Below, piece after piece: positions 26,940-29,088 of a stretch of DNA of 29,088 nucleotides. A program made the position numbers and the translations under genes. The notes beneath the pieces are model-generated. The model was not told the origin of the DNA, did no database searches, and saw only the letters and a list, made by a program, of their open reading frames with translations. Numbering within the stretch: position 1 is the first letter of the stretch; each line of letters starts with the position of its first letter. This DNA comes from an uncultured Acidimicrobiales bacterium (lineage in GTDB: Bacteria > Actinomycetota > Acidimicrobiia > Acidimicrobiales > RAAP-2), in assembly GCA_963923735.1 (NCBI GenBank), contig CAWUMT010000001.1:1-29088 (forward strand), read 5' to 3'.

Positions 26940-27998
26940 ATGAAGACCCGCCGCCGAAGTGCCCTCGTGGCCGGCGCCCTCGTCCTCAGCCTCGGACTGA
27001 ACACCCTCACCACCAGCGCCGCCTCGGCTGCCGGACTGCCCGGTCGAGCACAGAGGGCCGGTGACTACCTGGCGAGCCAGCTCATCCACAAGACCATCAA
27101 CGCAACCGACACCGCGTACGTGGCCTACTCAGGAACGACGCCGAATCTGTCGCTCACGGCCGAGGCGATCCTGGCCTTCCACGCGTTGGGTCGAACCACT
27201 GAGGAGAACCTCCTGCTCGGTTATCTCGAAGCACGTGTCGAGAAGTACGTGCACGTCACGAGCGGGTGTGGGTCCGCAACGGCCTACGACGATGCGGGCC
27301 ACCTGGGCCTCGTGCTCTATCTGGCAAACCTGACCGGGGCGCAGAGCTCCTTCGACCTCTCAGCGCTCCAGGCGCGGCTCCTCGCCACGCAGCGGCCCGG
27401 TGGCCTGTTCGGACTCAACAGCCCGATGGCCTGTTACGACGGGGTCCAACGCACCGCGTTCGCCATCCTCGGGCTGATCAAGAACGGGATGTTGCCGACT
27501 GATCCAGTGATCGTCTCGGCAACGAATTGGATCGAGCATCAGCAGTGCCCCAATGGAGCGTTCCCTGCCTTCCGGGGAACGACGCAACCATGCGCGTCGA
27601 GCGGATGGGGAGCGAACCGCTTCGACACGAACTCGACTGCCGACGCCCTGCTCGGCCTCAAGGCCAGCGGCGCCGATCCGACGACGGGTTCCTCGGCGCG
27701 CGCCCTGACCTGGCTCGCCAGCGCCCAGAAGGCGGACGGGACCTGGGGGTTCTACAAGAATGATCAGGGCGACTCGGACTCGACCTCGGCAGTGATCACG
27801 GCGCTCGTGATGGCGGGCCAACTTGAGGCGGGGACGATCGCTCAGTGGACCAAGTCCGGGGTGACGCCCTATCAAGCCCTTGCCACCTTCCAGTCGAAGC
27901 TCTCCTACGGCATCGTCTGGCAGGCCGGCTCGCTTCCGGACAACCTCTCGACGATCGAGGCCATCCTCGGCCTCAGCGGGTACTCCCTGCAGCTCTGA
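26940..27998 (+). CDS. Secreted prenyltransferase/squalene-oxidase-repeat (alpha6-alpha6 barrel) protein
   Basis: Signal peptide MKTRRRSALVAG...AASAA; QW-like repeats QRPGGLFG, QQCPNGAF and QKADGTWGF; no DxDD cyclase motif seen. Confidence 0.75.
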   Translation: MKTRRRSALVAGALVLSLGLNTLTTSAASAAGLPGRAQRAGDYLASQLIHKTINATDTAYVAYSGTTPNLSLTAEAILAFHALGRTTEENLLLGYLEARVEKYVHVTSGCGSATAYDDAGHLGLVLYLANLTGAQSSFDLSALQARLLATQRPGGLFGLNSPMACYDGVQRTAFAILGLIKNGMLPTDPVIVSATNWIEHQQCPNGAFPAFRGTTQPCASSGWGANRFDTNSTADALLGLKASGADPTTGSSARALTWLASAQKADGTWGFYKNDQGDSDSTSAVITALVMAGQLEAGTIAQWTKSGVTPYQALATFQSKLSYGIVWQAGSLPDNLSTIEAILGLSGYSLQL

Positions 27999-28723
27999 TG
28001 CGTCGTCTGCTCGCCATCGGAGCCGTCGTGCTCGCGTTGACAGCGCTGCCCGGCATGTCCGGTGTGGCGAGTGCCGCGGCGCGCGCGGTCGCCGTCGTGA
28101 TCGACTTCGGAGACGCACGAGCCCCGCTGGTGCTCTGCGAGGACGGCGCCGGGAAGTCCGACGCCCAGGTGCTCGCCGACGCGCTCGCCCACGCTGGTCG
28201 GGGGGGCTTGCGGTTCGGTCCTACCGGACTGCTTTGTGGGATTGATGGCTCTCCGGCCAGCGGCTGTGGCGCCCAGAGCGGAGCTCACTTTGCCTACTGG
28301 GCCTACTTTCACGGGACCCCATCGGGATGGGCCTATGCCCACGAGGGCCCTGCGAGCCATGAGGCCACCAACACCACGGCGATCGGGTTCCGTTACGAGC
28401 CCTCGGGGACCGGCACGCCTGGGGATCCGGCCCCCCGAAGCGCATCGGACTCCGCAATCGCCTGTCCCGTGGCCGTGACGCCGACCACGTCGGCTGCGAG
28501 CACCCCGATGCCGGGGGCGACCACCGTCCCCGCGACGAGTTCCACCACAACCACGACGAGCGGTGTTGGGGCTTCGTCTCGGTCCTCAACGACCACGACC
28601 TCGACCGCCTCCGAACAATCGTCGGGGTCCGCCGTTCCTGTGAGTTTCAGCGTGCTCGGTCTTGCAGTGGCGATCGGCGCCGGCGTGGGATTCGCGAAGT
28701 GGCGAAGGCGCCGTGGTGCGTGA
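27998..28723 (+). CDS. Membrane-anchored SCO2322/DUF4430-like protein
   Basis: Signal peptide; VVIDFG, LLCGIDGSPASGCG, YWAYFH, GWAYA and IGFRY; Thr/Ser stalk; C-terminal TM plus RRRR. TGATG overlap with the previous gene. Confidence 0.7.
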   Translation: MRRLLAIGAVVLALTALPGMSGVASAAARAVAVVIDFGDARAPLVLCEDGAGKSDAQVLADALAHAGRGGLRFGPTGLLCGIDGSPASGCGAQSGAHFAYWAYFHGTPSGWAYAHEGPASHEATNTTAIGFRYEPSGTGTPGDPAPRSASDSAIACPVAVTPTTSAASTPMPGATTVPATSSTTTTTSGVGASSRSSTTTTSTASEQSSGSAVPVSFSVLGLAVAIGAGVGFAKWRRRRGA

Positions 28724-29088
28724 CCGCACCCCGCACCCGTTGGCTTGGTGGGGCTGGGCACTCGGACTCGGCGCCGGCGCACTCATGACCACCAACCCGA
28801 TCCTTCTCCTCGGCCTCGGGGCCGTGGCGCTCAGCGTGGCGCTGTTGTGTCGCTCCATGGCCCCCTGGGGCGCGGCAGCGAGTGCGTTCTTGAAGCTCGC
28901 TGTGGCCGTCATCGTGATCCGGGTGGTCTTCCAGATCATCTTCGGTCAGCGTCTGCCTGGCACTGAGCTGTTCCACATTCCTTCGGTCTCGTTGCCCTCA
29001 TGGGCGGCTGGCGTGAGCCTCGGTGGACCCGTCACCGTTGAAGCCTTGCTCAGTGCGCTGACTCAGGGGCTCCGACTTGGAGTCGTGC
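28716..29088 (+). CDS. ECF transporter transmembrane T component (EcfT/CbiQ-like), 3' truncated
   Basis: In-frame from GTG 28716: PHPLAWWGWALGL...TTNPILL...IRVVFQIIFG...SLGGPVTVEAL, typical of the actinobacterial EcfT N-terminus. Runs off the window, so it is missing from the ORF track. Confidence 0.8.
   Translation, partial: MRDRTPHPLAWWGWALGLGAGALMTTNPILLLGLGAVALSVALLCRSMAPWGAAASAFLKLAVAVIVIRVVFQIIFGQRLPGTELFHIPSVSLPSWAAGVSLGGPVTVEALLSALTQGLRLGVV

Noticed and set aside
28716-28790. Possible frameshift at the EcfT 5' end (ORF track shows only a 73-aa ORF at 28745)
   Set aside because: Codon-by-codon reading gives an intact frame from GTG 28716 through HPLAWWGWALG to MTTNP. The gene is simply unlisted because it runs off the window.

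Overview
High-GC actinobacterial chromosomal window, plausibly Acidimicrobiia (inferred from gene content and leaderless-style promoters). I found no mobile element, CRISPR array or rRNA. Gene order: murA (3' part), meaB, galT, pit plus a small membrane partner, DUF2269-like protein, cysH, ABC ATPase, sepX/glpR-like gene, tRNA-Ala(CGC), ferredoxin and P450, CoA-transferase, CDF transporter, nucleotidyltransferase, fabH, hotdog thioesterase, stand-alone MgtE cytoplasmic domain, Nramp-like transporter, two PIG-L deacetylases, ahcY, methyltransferase, ychF, three exported Ser/Thr-rich proteins with a HisKA/OmpR two-component pair, an FAH protein, and a cobalamin riboswitch-controlled ECF locus. 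Five observations stand out. (1) A ~300-nt orphan structured RNA candidate with its own promoter and terminator (10261-10607). (2) A B12 locus whose two exported proteins look like the separated alpha-barrel and beta domains of transcobalamin. (3) An SD-sequestering structured leader, not an M-box, in front of the Nramp-like transporter. (4) A two-component-linked cassette of stalk-like surface proteins with His/Asp tails and an 11-bp-period operator. (5) A CysH with CxxT in place of CxxC plus an extra upstream Cys. All assignments come from motif recognition by eye; no searches were run.
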